Source of the DNA: the human T2T-CHM13v2.0 reference genome, Homo sapiens
NCBI RefSeq assembly: GCF_009914755.1
Contig: NC_060926.1
Reading direction: 5' to 3' (one strand)
DNA length: 64,000 bases
The notes below the pieces were generated by a model. The model was not told the DNA's origin, made no database searches, and worked only from the letters and a program-made list of their open reading frames with translations. Numbering within the stretch: the first letter of the stretch is position 1; the number at the start of each line of letters is the position of its first letter. The position numbers and the translations under genes are program-made. Of this stretch, positions 36,941 through 59,395 are shown one piece after another.

Positions 36941-38924
36941 TAAGGCTGCTACTAAATCCAAGAAAATAACCATAGCTATATTTACCAGGTACAGGGGTCT
37001 AAGGAAGAAGAGGAATGGTTTCCATTCCACCTCAGCTCCTCCATATGGATCTGAACTATTTGTACAATATGCTACAGGAACACAAAAGGTCAGCAACTTT
37101 ACAGAGTCCAGCTACCTCCATATCCCTGCCCACCTTTTCTTTTTTGGTAGAGACAGAGTGTTGCTATGTTGCCCAGGATGGTCTCAAACTCCTGGCCTCA
37201 AGCGATGCTCCTACCAATCCTCCCAAAGTTCTAGGATTACAGACATGAGCTACTACACCTAGCCCAGTAAGTCATCCATTTCTAAAAAAGTTCATTCTTC
37301 CAAGCTTTGGTCTTCTCTGCTTACTAGGTTTTTCACTCACCCTACAGTCCACCCCCAACTCTTGGTATGAGTTTCAAGTCCTCCTTGCTTTGATTCAGGT
37401 ATGATTCTCCAGGTCAAACCATCTATCTTTGATTTTAAACACAATTTGGTATTTGTTCCCTAGTTCCAAATACCCAGAGATGCAAGCTGACACTTTTATC
37501 TTCTGCCCAACTAGTTCCTTTTAAGAGGGTAGGAAGAGCAAAGAAGACAGTCATTAATAGTTCATTAACAATCAAATGTGCTAAAATAATGTGAAAATGA
37601 AGAAGGTAAATTATGTTATCAAGAAGCTAGAAGAAAAGTTTCTCAAAGTACCAAATGATTTCCATTTCTAGATCCCCTCTCAGTCCTGAAGAACAGAATT
37701 CTTTACAAGGTAAAATTTACAATTATGCAATGTGCAAATAGTACAAACAGAAATCTTTTCTCCTCACCAGGAGAAAAGAAACAGGGACCATATATGTCAA
37801 TATTATTTTCTATTTAACACCATATATTTTCTCTAGGAATTAAATTTACCAACAATACCTCCAAAATGACTTCACTATAACTATATTAATGTAAAGCAGA
37901 GAGCTCTTCATGTAAGAAAAATTCTGACAAGTGTTAACACTTGGGCATGCAAAGATAAACATGTTACAGTTATGACTTTCCTTTGCTAATTTCACACAGT
38001 AGAGTCGCAGCATGACTCTTGATATTTATAAAACCTATTCAATACCTTACCTTTATTTAAACATTCATTCAATGCATTCCTTAATAACTAAAACACCAAG
38101 AGCAATATCATTGATCCTAACAGCATATAAAATGAAGCTAACCTGCCAATGTACCACTTCTAAAGGATAGATTTTCTGTATGATATAAAAAGAAGGAAAG
38201 ACCCTGTTTCTCTATTTTATACTCCTATGAATACGTATCAACTTTCCTTATTCTACTGGTAGGTATATATCACTATCTGAACCTCACTTTCTCTTAGAGT
38301 GAGGCACTAGGTTTTTATTTAGAGGAGAAATAAGAGTCATAGTGTGTAATGTTTAAAAATTAAAAGACTGAGTTTCTATTTTGCCTGTGACTGTTTTCTC
38401 AGAGACCAACAGTTTACTGAAGCCTTAAGGTAAGTACTTCCTGTGGCAAAGAGGAAAGATGCTGATTTCACTTATTTCACTGTCAAGGCATCTTCCGGGG
38501 ATGGGGTGGAAAAAAAAAGCTGCATAAATAAATTAGGATTGGTGGGCAAACTGCAATTGTTTAGAAGGATAATAGGTATTTCTAAAACCGTAAAAAGCAA
38601 AATCAAATATGTTCCACAAAGTCAGAGCATTTTCTAAGCTGATCTCCCTATTTCCAATATTAATTCCAGTCTAATTCCTTGTAAACCATGACTAGATAAT
38701 TCTAGATAGAACTCCAATCTACAAGGAACCTCAATTTAATGTTAGATCAAATCTAAACCAAGATTTTAATGATACCACAAACAAACTCAAAATAACAAGG
38801 AAGTATCATGTTTCTGCTTGCAGCCCAATTCCTAACAAATCAGATGATACTTTTAGATGAAAAGGTGAAAATTATTATCAGAGGGTACATACAGCCAGGT
38901 AGTTGATCAAAAACTGATAGTCTG

Positions 38925-39227
<303 letters not shown>

Positions 39228-39458
39228 TTATAATCTGCTCTCAAGCTAAAATAACTGAAACACTCATTCACAGTCAGGAAATACAAATCCAGAATTGCAT
39301 TTTTCCCATTCATGCCTTTCTGAGAAATTGGATGAACTTCTCAAAATCAACAAATGGAATGTTATCATTCAAACAGTGGTGTTACTAAGGCAGGAATATT
39401 GGTTGTCAACACAGATCATTGCTATCCTCATGAAAACTTAATTGTCTTAAAAGCTTTA

Positions 39459-39677
<219 letters not shown>

Positions 39678-39867
39678 CTAAATCTTGACCTGCTCTTGCA
39701 ACAAAGCCAAAACTTTGATAAGCCTGAAAGAAAAAAAGAGCATCAATTAATATAATAATTTTTTAACTTAAGTCAAATATTGATCTAAAAATGTATTTTT
39801 TTTAGAAAAAAATTTCCTATCTGTCTCTGTGATAAATACTTCAACCTATGTATTAAAAGGTCTATGC

Positions 39868-40171
39868 TGCCAAGCGTGGTGGCTCATGCCTGTAATCCCA
39901 GCTCTTTGGGAGGCCGAGGCAGGTGGATCATCTGAGGTCCGGGAGTTCGAGACCAGCCTGACCAACATGGAGAAACCCCGTCTCTACTAAAAAAGACAAA
40001 ATTAGCCAGGCGTGGTGGCGCATGCCTGTAATCCCAGCTACTCGGGAGGCTGAGGCAGGAGGATCGCTTGAACCCCGGAGGCGGAGTTGCGGTGAGCCGA
40101 GATCGCGCCATTGCACTCCAGCCTGGGCAACAAGAGCGAAACTGTCTCAAAAAAAAAAAAAAAAAAAAAAA
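39868..40171 (+). mobile_element. AluSp-like, CpG-rich
   Basis: catggagaaaccccg diagnostic; TSD aaaa(g)gtctatgct. Confidence 0.92.
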
Positions 40172-40604
40172 GTCTATGCTATTCCACTGCCATATGCTGC
40201 TGCTCTGGGACAGAAATACCAAACACCAGTCAATGAAGAGCTCTTCTCTTGCTAACTATGCACAACTCCTCTCACATGTATCATATAATCGATGGTTTCT
40301 TATGTATAATTCACACTTTCTAATAGAAGGTTTGGTATTTTATATTTATTTGTGTCATGTGGGAAAACTAATTTGTAAGCCTCTTGACACAAACAAGGTC
40401 AACTATTTTACGACCCCGGCGCTTATCTGGCCTAGCTTCACCCAGCACACAATAGCAATAAATAATGTATTTATTTTTATAATAAACTTTATTTTAATTC
40501 TCATCTTTAATATTAAAGTACCAAGCAAAAAGAGGTCCGGACTTCTGCTAAAATCCATCCCTCAATGATGTCAAAAATAACAGTATTTTTCAGAGTATAG
40601 CTTT

Positions 40605-41027
40605 CAAGCAGCCGCATTATGCCGCTTTCAGTAAAGAATCATGGGCGGCGGCGGCCTGGCGGGGGCGAGCGCGCTGTGGGCCGGCCCCGCGCAGCCTCAG
40701 GGCACCTCCCGCTCGCCGGGACTGAGTTCCGCGCCGGCGTGGCCTGCTGTGCTCCGAGCGCCAAGGGTCGGCGCGACCGCTCTCGGCTTTGGGGACCGGA
40801 TGGAGGAGCGGCGTGTCGGCCTCGGGGGACGGTTCCCCCGACCTCAGACGGCTCTGGGGCGAGGGAGGGCGCGCGGAGGCTCGCGGGGACCACTGGCGCC
40901 CCCGGACCCGCTCAGCGGTCCCTGCTCACAGGCACCGCCCCCAGGAGCCTCGGCAGGGGCCTAGGACGCCCCGGTGTTCAGAAGAGAAGCAGGGTCAGGT
41001 TCACGCACACCCGCGATCGGATCGTAA
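40605..41027. promoter_or_regulatory. Intragenic CpG island in CLHC1 5' intron
   Basis: Abrupt switch from AT-rich to very GC/CpG-dense sequence with GC-box-like motifs; not repeat-like. Confidence 0.8.
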
Positions 41028-41028
41028 C

Positions 41029-41322
41029 TTTTTTTTTTTTTTGAGACGGAGTCTCGCTCTGCCGCCCAGGCTGGAGTGCAGCGGCGAGATCTCAGCTCAC
41101 TGCAAGCTCCGCCTCCCGAGTTCACGCGATTCTCCTGCCTCAGCCTCTTGAGTAGCTGGGACTACAGGCGCCCGCCACCACGCCCGGCTAATTTTTGTAT
41201 TTTTAGTAGAGATGGGGGTTTCACCATGTTGGCCAGGCTGGTCTTGAACTCCTGACCTCGTGATCCATTCGCCTCGACCTCCCAAAGTGCTGGGATTACA
41301 GGCGTCAGCCACCGCGCCCAGC
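41029..41322 (-). mobile_element. CpG-rich Alu (mixed S/Y diagnostics)
   Basis: Alu consensus; imperfect TSD gatcgtaac / gatcgttaac. Confidence 0.92.
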
Positions 41323-41509
41323 TGATCGTTAACCTTAAAGTCATTGGTAACCCATGCTTCCTGGAGTTGCATTTGGGGTCACCCAGCGGCGAAGCCCATA
41401 CAACTTGATACGCCCTTACACACAAGGCTCAGTTCAAGCGAAGGGAGGTCACAGCCAGGAGCCAGGGGCCAGCTGATAATGTACTTGATTCCACAGTCAA
41501 AGGAGCTGG

Positions 41510-43503
<1,994 letters not shown>

Positions 43504-43864
43504 TTAGTCACATTAACTTCAAACAGAACTCTTGGCTTGCTTAATAATGGCTGGCAAGGCAACATCGTAACTTTTTCCCTAATTACAGAAGCATACTCCT
43601 GGTATAAAATTCGGAAAATATAAACCAGACAAAATTAATGAAATAAATATCTATTTAATATTTTGGAATATTTCCTTCCAAACATTACAAAACTTGAAAT
43701 TAAACTCTATATTCAGTTGTGCATCCCATTTTTTTCACTTAATATTAAAAGCACTTTTTCATGTTGTTAAATCGTTTTTTAAAACATGACTTCTAAAGCT
43801 TACACAGTATTTCATAGTATGATGTTCCATTAATTTATTCCCCCATTGTCAGATATTTTCACTA

Positions 43865-45060
<1,196 letters not shown>

Positions 45061-45258
45061 TCAGAAACTAATGACTCTTTCTTTGACCAAATTTACTCTC
45101 TTCATGTCCCTGTCCTTTGCCCCATATCCCCATTCCCACACCCATGAACTTCCTCTCTTACCTTAGGATCTTACATAATTCTCTCCCCCTCCCTGCAGAC
45201 CATCCTCCTATATTACCCCCAACCCCCAAAACACATACATACTATCACTTTGATTCAC

Positions 45259-45431
45259 CTGGCTTTTACTCTTTCTTCAGCTTCAGGAAAGCTGTCCTGG
45301 ATTCCCTTAAAATTGGTCAGATGCCACTGCTATGTTCTCCCATAATACTGTGCACTTCCTCCATCATGGTATTATCCTTCCACCACACTGCCTTAGAGAC
45401 TTCCTGTTTATATTCTGTCTCATCTGTTAGG
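45259..45431 (-). other. CLHC1: Probable non-coding (5'UTR) CLHC1 exon exonised from an antisense L2 relic
   Basis: Minus-strand acceptor ttttgtttcctgatcttgtcacgcttacag|CC and donor CCAG|gtgaat bracket 173 nt. It lies between the promoter and the first coding exon, and the surrounding sequence resembles an L2 3' end. Confidence 0.6.
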
Positions 45432-45944
45432 CTGTAAGCGTGACAAGATCAGGAAACAAAATGTTCTCTTTCCCCATCATCCCTCCTCTACCATATGCAT
45501 TCAAGTGCATAATGCAGTTTCTAGCAGAGCAGTACTCAAACATATGTTTGCTGAATAATCAATAATCACTGAACAATAATCTAGTCTATTCATAAGACAT
45601 TGGACTTGTGGTGCTCTCAAACCAGAACACAGCTAAAGGGATTGTTCCTTAACATCTACAAAATGCCATTGAGTTACATAAACCAACCAAGATTACCATT
45701 CATTCATTCATTCATTCATATTAGACATTTAGGGATGTGTTGACAAGTCACAAGGGTTCCCAGTCAAGTGTTCCAGGTCTAGTAAATGAGCCACTGCTAC
45801 AAAGCAGAAAAGGCAGTGTGACAGAGGTAAGCACAATAGGCTACAGAAGGCCAGAGGGGCATCTCATCAGCCTACGGAAGGGGGCAAGGAAACATTAGGG
45901 AAAACATCTAGTAAAACAAAATCTAGGGCAATGCTTAAGTTGTG

Positions 45945-48170
<2,226 letters not shown>

Positions 48171-48197
48171 GACTAGGGGATGAAAAATGTTCCAGGA

Positions 48198-48571
<374 letters not shown>

Positions 48572-49452
48572 TTAGCTTCATTTACTAAAATGTAGAGTAA
48601 TGGGTTTAGCAGATTAGGTTGTAAGGAAGGCAGAGGCTGAATGTCATTCTAAGAAATTTGAATTGTATCCTGAAGGTGAGGTATAAAATAATAACACACA
48701 TTTACCTTTCAGAATGAATATTTTGGAGGCAATAGTGAAGGTGGGTTAGAAAGGAGGAAAGACTGGAGAGAGATAAGGAGTTAGATTCGGAACCCCTACA
48801 AGAGAAAATTAAGGTCTGAATTTGGGGATGGGGTCGCAGAGGGCAGAGGATGAAGAAATAAATACAGAAGACATTAGAAAGGACTCTGGTTTGTGGAGTG
48901 GAGAAAGGACAGGGAGAACTTGCTTCTAATTGGCCTCCTTGCCGGAAGAAGCACCCCATACATACTCCAAAAACTTCCTCTCAGATCCAAGACTCCCAAT
49001 GCCCAAATTTGGAAATTCTACAACTAAATAACCATTCTGCAGGTTTCTTTTCCGTACGGCTTCACTTTAAAATTTGAAAACTCCTGAGATTTTTCAACAT
49101 ATTAAAGCGTGTCACACTAAGGAGTGACACACAAGACCCAGACTCTTCCCTAGGCTGGGAGAGACTCGGCGGTTGAAAGCAGGGAGGGGCTACAGGAGAG
49201 AAAGGGCTGAACCCCCGCTTCCGCAGATTTCACCTATTTTTCAGTTTGCCTGGAGCAGGCCACGCAAATTCCCTTCCCTTGAAGGCCCAAGGAGCGTCTG
49301 GTAGATTGCTGATTCTCTGCCCATCACCGCTTCTGGAAGTGAGTGAAGGACACCTTTCGTGCCCCGCACCCTTTGCCCCCCGCTTAACATTTGCTCTAGT
49401 CACTTCCGGCCCGTTCCCACGCTCCGGAAACCATTATTCCGCTTCATCCTAC

Positions 49453-49530
49453 CTCCAGTCCTCACCGGAGTCCTTTTCTCCAAACACCGACTTCAGTGCT
49501 TAGAGATAGTAACTAGGGAATCTGGGAGGT
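49453..49530 (-). other. CLHC1: Candidate CLHC1 exon 1 (5' boundary unknown)
   Basis: Minus-strand donors GGAG|gtagga (49452) and CCG|gtgagg (49465) lie just downstream of the shared promoter motifs. Confidence 0.35.
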
Positions 49531-49535
49531 GGAAC

Positions 49536-49555
49536 TGCATCTTGGGACAAGTAGT
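49536..49555 (-). promoter_or_regulatory. Second, inverted ZNF143/STAF-type motif
   Basis: Reverse complement reads ACTACTTGTCCCAAGATGCA. Confidence 0.7.
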
Positions 49556-49580
49556 CCAAGGTAGAAGAAAGCAGTGGAGA

Positions 49581-49600
49581 ACTACAGTTCCCAGAATGCA
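49581..49600 (+). promoter_or_regulatory. ZNF143/STAF (SBS2, ACTACA-extended) motif
   Basis: ACTACAGTTCCCAGAATGCA, near consensus. Confidence 0.85.
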
Positions 49601-49913
49601 CTTCCATTTCCTACCTCTTCCCCAAGAGGCCCCCCTCGACCTCCTTTTAAAAATTCTCTTAGCCACGTTGATTGTACGGGAAAAGCCTTTTTAAAACATC
49701 TTTTACGTTGCTTAAACCTACAGTTTCGAAAGCATTCCGAAGGCTAAAGTGAGAAATAAGCCCAGGCTAGGGAGAGGAGAAACGAAGTTCACGTCCTAGT
49801 CTGGCACCGGGTTGGATTGTCGCTGGGACGGCAGTCAGGCATTTGGTGTGGTCGCCTAAGGGGTGGGTCCTTCGGCGGGAGCTCCGGGAAACCCCGTGGG
49901 CCTGCGCGGCGTT

Positions 49914-49938
49914 CTTCCTTTTCGATCCGCCATCTGCG
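49914..49938 (+). promoter_or_regulatory. RPS27A: RPS27A TCT initiator / 5'TOP and non-coding exon 1
   Basis: cttccttttcg pyrimidine start, CCGCCATC YY1 core, donor GCG|gtgggt at 49939, acceptor ctcag|GTG at 50038. Confidence 0.8.
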
Positions 49939-50054
49939 GTGGGTGTCTGCACTTCGGCTGCTCTCGGGTTAGCACCCTATGGTGCCTTCTCTTGTGATCC
50001 CTGACCTAACCTGTCTCTTCCTTTTCCTCAACCTCAGGTGGAGCCGCCACCAAA

Positions 50055-50102
50055 ATGCAGATTTTCGTGAAAACCCTTACGGGGAAGACCATCACCCTCG
50101 AG
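50055..50102 (+). CDS. RPS27A: RPS27A coding exon 1; ubiquitin [16 protein letters not shown]
   Basis: Ubiquitin residues 1-16, GAG|gtacgg donor. Confidence 0.98.
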
Positions 50103-50592
50103 GTACGGGCCGGGTGGTCATGAGGAAGCCAAGGTCCGAATAAGGTCCTGAGGTGGATTTTAGGACCGGCGCTGCTTTCCATGTCTTAGACCATGATTCC
50201 GAATTTGGGTTCTAAAACTTAAGCTTTGAAATGAGTACCTTTTGCTGAGCAACGACCTAGAGGTGATTTTCGGTGGCCAAAGGCTGGACCTGTCTCCTCT
50301 CGAGGGGTTCCAGCTAGTTAGTTAAAACGGAGGAGCTGCGGTGGGGAAGGAGACGCTCTGCCCGCCGGGTGCGAGCACGTGTGGCCCTGCGGCCGCCGCC
50401 CGCTCTGGGCTGGGGAGATGAAGGTGCTTTCCGGTAGCCGACTTGGGAGGTTGCCCACTGGGTGGGTAATAGGTCTCTCGAGTAGGTCTCAGCCCTGTCG
50501 CTGGTTCGGTTCAGTGGTAATTGTCAAACTAAATGAGTTCTGCTGTAGTTCCTTAATGTGTAACCAACATGCTTTCACTTTAACACTCATAG

Positions 50593-50647
50593 GTTGAACC
50601 CTCGGATACGATAGAAAATGTAAAGGCCAAGATCCAGGATAAGGAAG
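50593..50647 (+). CDS. RPS27A: RPS27A coding exon 2; VEPSDTIENVKAKIQDKE(G); GC donor
   Basis: catag|GTT acceptor; ubiquitin 17-35; donor AAG|gcaagt. Confidence 0.97.
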
Positions 50648-50859
50648 GCAAGTAGTATTTTGTAGTTAAGAAAACTTAACCTGCGGAGACTTCGGCCTAC
50701 CTGTAGGTGCTAGACATACCTGCTCTTGGTGATGGGGGAAGGGGTCAGATTGACAAAGCGAAATACTTGTGGAATAACACAATAGACATTGGTGATCGGG
50801 GAGCACAGTACCTAGATTGGAATCCTTGAGGTGTATTTCACTTGCGTGAATTTGGACAC

Positions 50860-51725
<866 letters not shown>

Positions 51726-52057
51726 GGTGTATTCTGGACATTTTGACACACAAAAAGGGAAAATGGCATTCGAATAGCAGTAGATTTTTAGGTAACTCCT
51801 ATACTGATACTTGAGAAGCACTGCTATAGTTCTCCCATTATGAATTTTGCAAGTTGTATCCCATGGTGTAATGTAATGCATTCTTTAATGTCCCTATAAA
51901 CTGTCAGTTAAGAATCTGATACTTTATTGGGTTTGGGGGCTGCAAGATTCCCTCAAATGTTATTGTGTGCTGCTACTGCTTTTAATTAGAAAATGCATAA
52001 TGTTGGGTGTGCCCATTCTTAGTGGAATCATGAAAGCTTGCTTCATTCTTCCATTAA

Positions 52058-52246
<189 letters not shown>

Positions 52247-52636
52247 TAATCTTTATAGTACTTGTCAATATTTTCTTGGACTTAAACACCCAATATTATC
52301 CCACTTTGGTTTAAATGAGGTATTCTGGAAATGAGAAATTCAGACTTTCTGGGGTTTTTCCTGTTTGGTATTTGAAATCAGTTATGTAATAGGGTTCTGA
52401 GTTTAAAGTCGGGTTTGGGTTCAGGTCTTTACCTTTGTCTACCACTTGCAAAGCTGGCCTTTAGTGTTCAAAAGTCCCAAGACTTCTGAATGTTTTCATT
52501 GTAGCAATGATAACTGGTGAGAATTTAGGGTGCTTTGGTTTGTAAGCACCAAAACCACCAGTATTACACAGTTAAAAGCTTAAATATTTTGAGTCACTTA
52601 AATTAGACTTCAGAATGTGTTGTAAAATTATCTTAA

Positions 52637-52807
<171 letters not shown>

Positions 52808-52818
52808 CTGTATGAGTT

Positions 52819-52824
52819 AATAAA
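52819..52824 (+). terminator. RPS27A: RPS27A polyadenylation signal
   Basis: AATAAA 11 nt after the stop, followed by a U/GU-rich downstream element. Confidence 0.85.
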
Positions 52825-53875
52825 AGACATGAACTAACATTTATTGTTGGGTTTTATTGCAGTAAAAAGAATGGTTTTTAAGCACCAAATTGATGGTCAC
52901 ACCATTTCCTTTTAGTAGTGCTACTGCTATCGCTGTGTGAATGTTGCCTCTGGGGATTATGTGACCCAGTGGTTCTGTATACCTGCCAGGTGCCAACCAC
53001 TTGTAAAGGTCTTGATATTTTCAATTCTTAGACTACCTATACTTTGGCAGAAGTTATATTTAATGTAAGTTGTCTAAATATAAGCCAGTTTGTGTTTCTG
53101 TCCATTTCTTGACCTCAACACAACAGACATTTGGGGCCAGGTAATTCTTTGTTGTGGGGTGCCTGTAATCCCTATGCTTTGGGAGGATCACTTGAGCGTC
53201 CAGGAGTTCAAGAGCAGCCTGGGCACCATAGCAAGACCCCCATCTCTGTTAAAAAAAAAAAAAAAAAAAAAAGTAGGCTGACTCCTATGGTCCTGCCTAC
53301 TGGGAAGTCTGAGACAAAAGGATCCCTTGAGCCCAGGAGTTGTAATTAATTATGCATTGCATTTCAGCCTGGACAAAACCCTGCTTCCAAAAAAAACAAA
53401 ATGCATCCTCAGTCTCTGGGTGTTTCAGTGGAATGCTTGCTGTCTGTTGTACAACGCTTGGGAATTTAATGTTTGTTCAGGATGGATCCCTATAAAGGAA
53501 TGATTACTTATTTGTACTGTTAACAGTAAAAGACAGTTTAGTTTCAAGCAGGACTGGGGTAGCCTATCTTCCTTCGGAGCTCAATTCAGGGAAAGCTGGT
53601 TCACTTGATAAGCCTCTTAACTAAAGCATACACTTGAAAGAAATCGGTGATGTATAAATAACAATTCCCTTTTACCATATTGCCAGTCTTTCCATTCAAG
53701 GATTTCTAGTTGGAGGCATCCTTAAATAAGGTTTCCTATTTCTGAGCACTTTGACAGTTTGTGCAAATGCATATGAACACATGGTAAAACAACTTAGATA
53801 CTTTTTGGCCAGTAGTAGTGCATTTCTACCTTCAAACAAACAACACGTTGAGTTATTTACATTTTTAATGTAATT

Positions 53876-54049
<174 letters not shown>

Positions 54050-54492
54050 TTAAAAAAGATAATTTAAGGTTAGTATATTCAATAAATGATAAGTACCTAC
54101 TAAATACTACATTATGTGGTGTTAACCAGGAAATTACACTGAAATTCTTAAAAATTTTATGGTCTTGTCAAGTTAAATGATGGGACTAAATACCAGGGGA
54201 ACCCCCTCAAAAATGAAGTTTGCTGTGAATAAGACTTGATTTGTAACAAAATAACCTAAATCTCCTATTTCAAAGGTAGACATAAACTTTTTGCTGAGGA
54301 CAGGATGGTACTCAGGACTTGAATGGGTAAAACCAACATACATCTCAGGCAAAGGGAACCCATCAACTACAGACAATTTAGGGGTTTCAATAGCAATAAG
54401 AAATGGCCTGAGCTGAGATTATGGGCATGAAAGATGAACAGATTTCAGATGGTTATATAGTCAACAGGTCTTGGTGACTGGATATGCTATTA

Positions 54493-54675
<183 letters not shown>

Positions 54676-54816
54676 TTAATGTGCAGAAAACTAAAGATTC
54701 TGATAAATACGTAATTTCTGACATTCTGTGGTATAAGAATTAAAGGTATGACAAAAATCCAAATTCATGCCTAGAAAAAAGTCTGGGTTTCTTTAACTCC
54801 AATTTTATTTTCCTGA

Positions 54817-56007
<1,191 letters not shown>

Positions 56008-56129
56008 TTACTACTGTTATTTGTTAGTGTTATCTGACTGGTGTCTTTGCTTAATCCTAGAAACCCTCATGACTCAGTTTTCCACATTGCTCTTAGCACA
56101 AGAACATAAAAATCTCTGTACGATCATGT

Positions 56130-56740
56130 TGAGCAGGTCAGAAAAACCTAAAATAATAAATCTGTTATGTAGACCAAAAATGCAAAATCAAATCTCATCA
56201 TGGGGAAACACTGGACAAATCCAAATCAAGGTACATTCTACAAAATAGCTGTCCAATATGCTTCAAAAATGTCAAGGTCAAAAACAAAAATTGAAGAACT
56301 GTTCCAGATTAAATGGAGCTACAGAGATATGACAACATGGATATATTATAATCCATGATCCTGGACTGGGGAAAAAAAGTATACTGTTGGGACAACGGAC
56401 AAAATGTGAATATGGACTGTGTATTAGATAAGAGCATTGTACAAATAAGTGTTAAATTTCCTGAGTTTGATTAGTTCTGTAGTTTTATAAGATAGTATCC
56501 TTTTGCTTAGCAGATGTACATATTTAGAGGCAAATGGGCACTACATCTCAAACATTTTCAAATGGTCCAGGGAAAAAACATCACGTGTGCATGGAGCAGG
56601 ACAAAAATGAGGCAAATAGGACAAAATGTAAACAACTGGTGAATTAGGTAAAAGATATATAGGAGTTCCTGGTTTTTCTCTTGCAATTTTTCTGGAAATT
56701 TAAAACTATTATCAAAATTAAAAGTTAATAAAAAAACACA
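56130..56740 (+). mobile_element. L1MC/ME-like 3'UTR fragment
   Basis: gaactgttccagattaa, tatggactgtgtattagat, A-rich end. Confidence 0.6.
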
Positions 56741-57234
56741 AAATCTACGTGGGGAGGAAAAAAAACAGATGAGGTGATTTAATCAATTTTAAATATACTC
56801 AGTCTTTACTCTGGCTATGATATATGCTAGAAACAATATTTTTAAATATTTAATATTTAAATGTAAATTTTCTTCTTATGGTAGACTTCTCTGCCAGCCC
56901 CACAACAAAGTCAACAGCTCTTTCCATGACACTGTTAATAATCTTTATGCGTTCAATAGTAGTGTAATTTGTATTATAATTATTTGTTCATATTTAAACT
57001 GGAGGGCAAGTTCCTAATTCCTTATTTGCTTTTGTATCATCAAGGCACAGGCACAATGTGTTACACAGGGCAGGTGTTTACATAAGAAGTTACAATGGAT
57101 TCTCATGGTAGTCATTTTTTTCTAGAACACAGGATATATCTTTCAACATTGAAAACGTTTCCTCTAAGCTTTGCTTTGAAGTGCTATTTATAGCACCTAA
57201 TATACTAATTTTTAAAAGTAACATTCAGTGATCA

Positions 57235-57423
<189 letters not shown>

Positions 57424-57490
57424 TCAATGAAGTAGCACAACGATTACATTATAATCATTTATTTGTCTTTCAAGCAGAAACTTGAATCTA

Positions 57491-59395
<1,905 letters not shown>

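Larger units (their letters stand above)
49380..50470. promoter_or_regulatory. CpG-rich bidirectional promoter shared by RPS27A (+) and CLHC1 (-)
   Basis: CpG-dense. ETS/GABP CACTTCCGG at 49401, two ZNF143-type ACTACA..TCCCA..ATGCA motifs, a TCT initiator and a YY1 core. Confidence 0.85.

Noticed and set aside
40068-41151. 166-aa, 141-aa, 107-aa and 120-aa ORFs over and next to the CpG island
   Set aside because: They start or end in Alu sequence or are stop-poor GC-rich frames; no recognisable domain or splice support.
50675-50706. Branch-like cttaac plus ctgtag acceptor shortly after the GC donor
   Set aside because: The implied intron would be only 59 nt, too short to be plausible.
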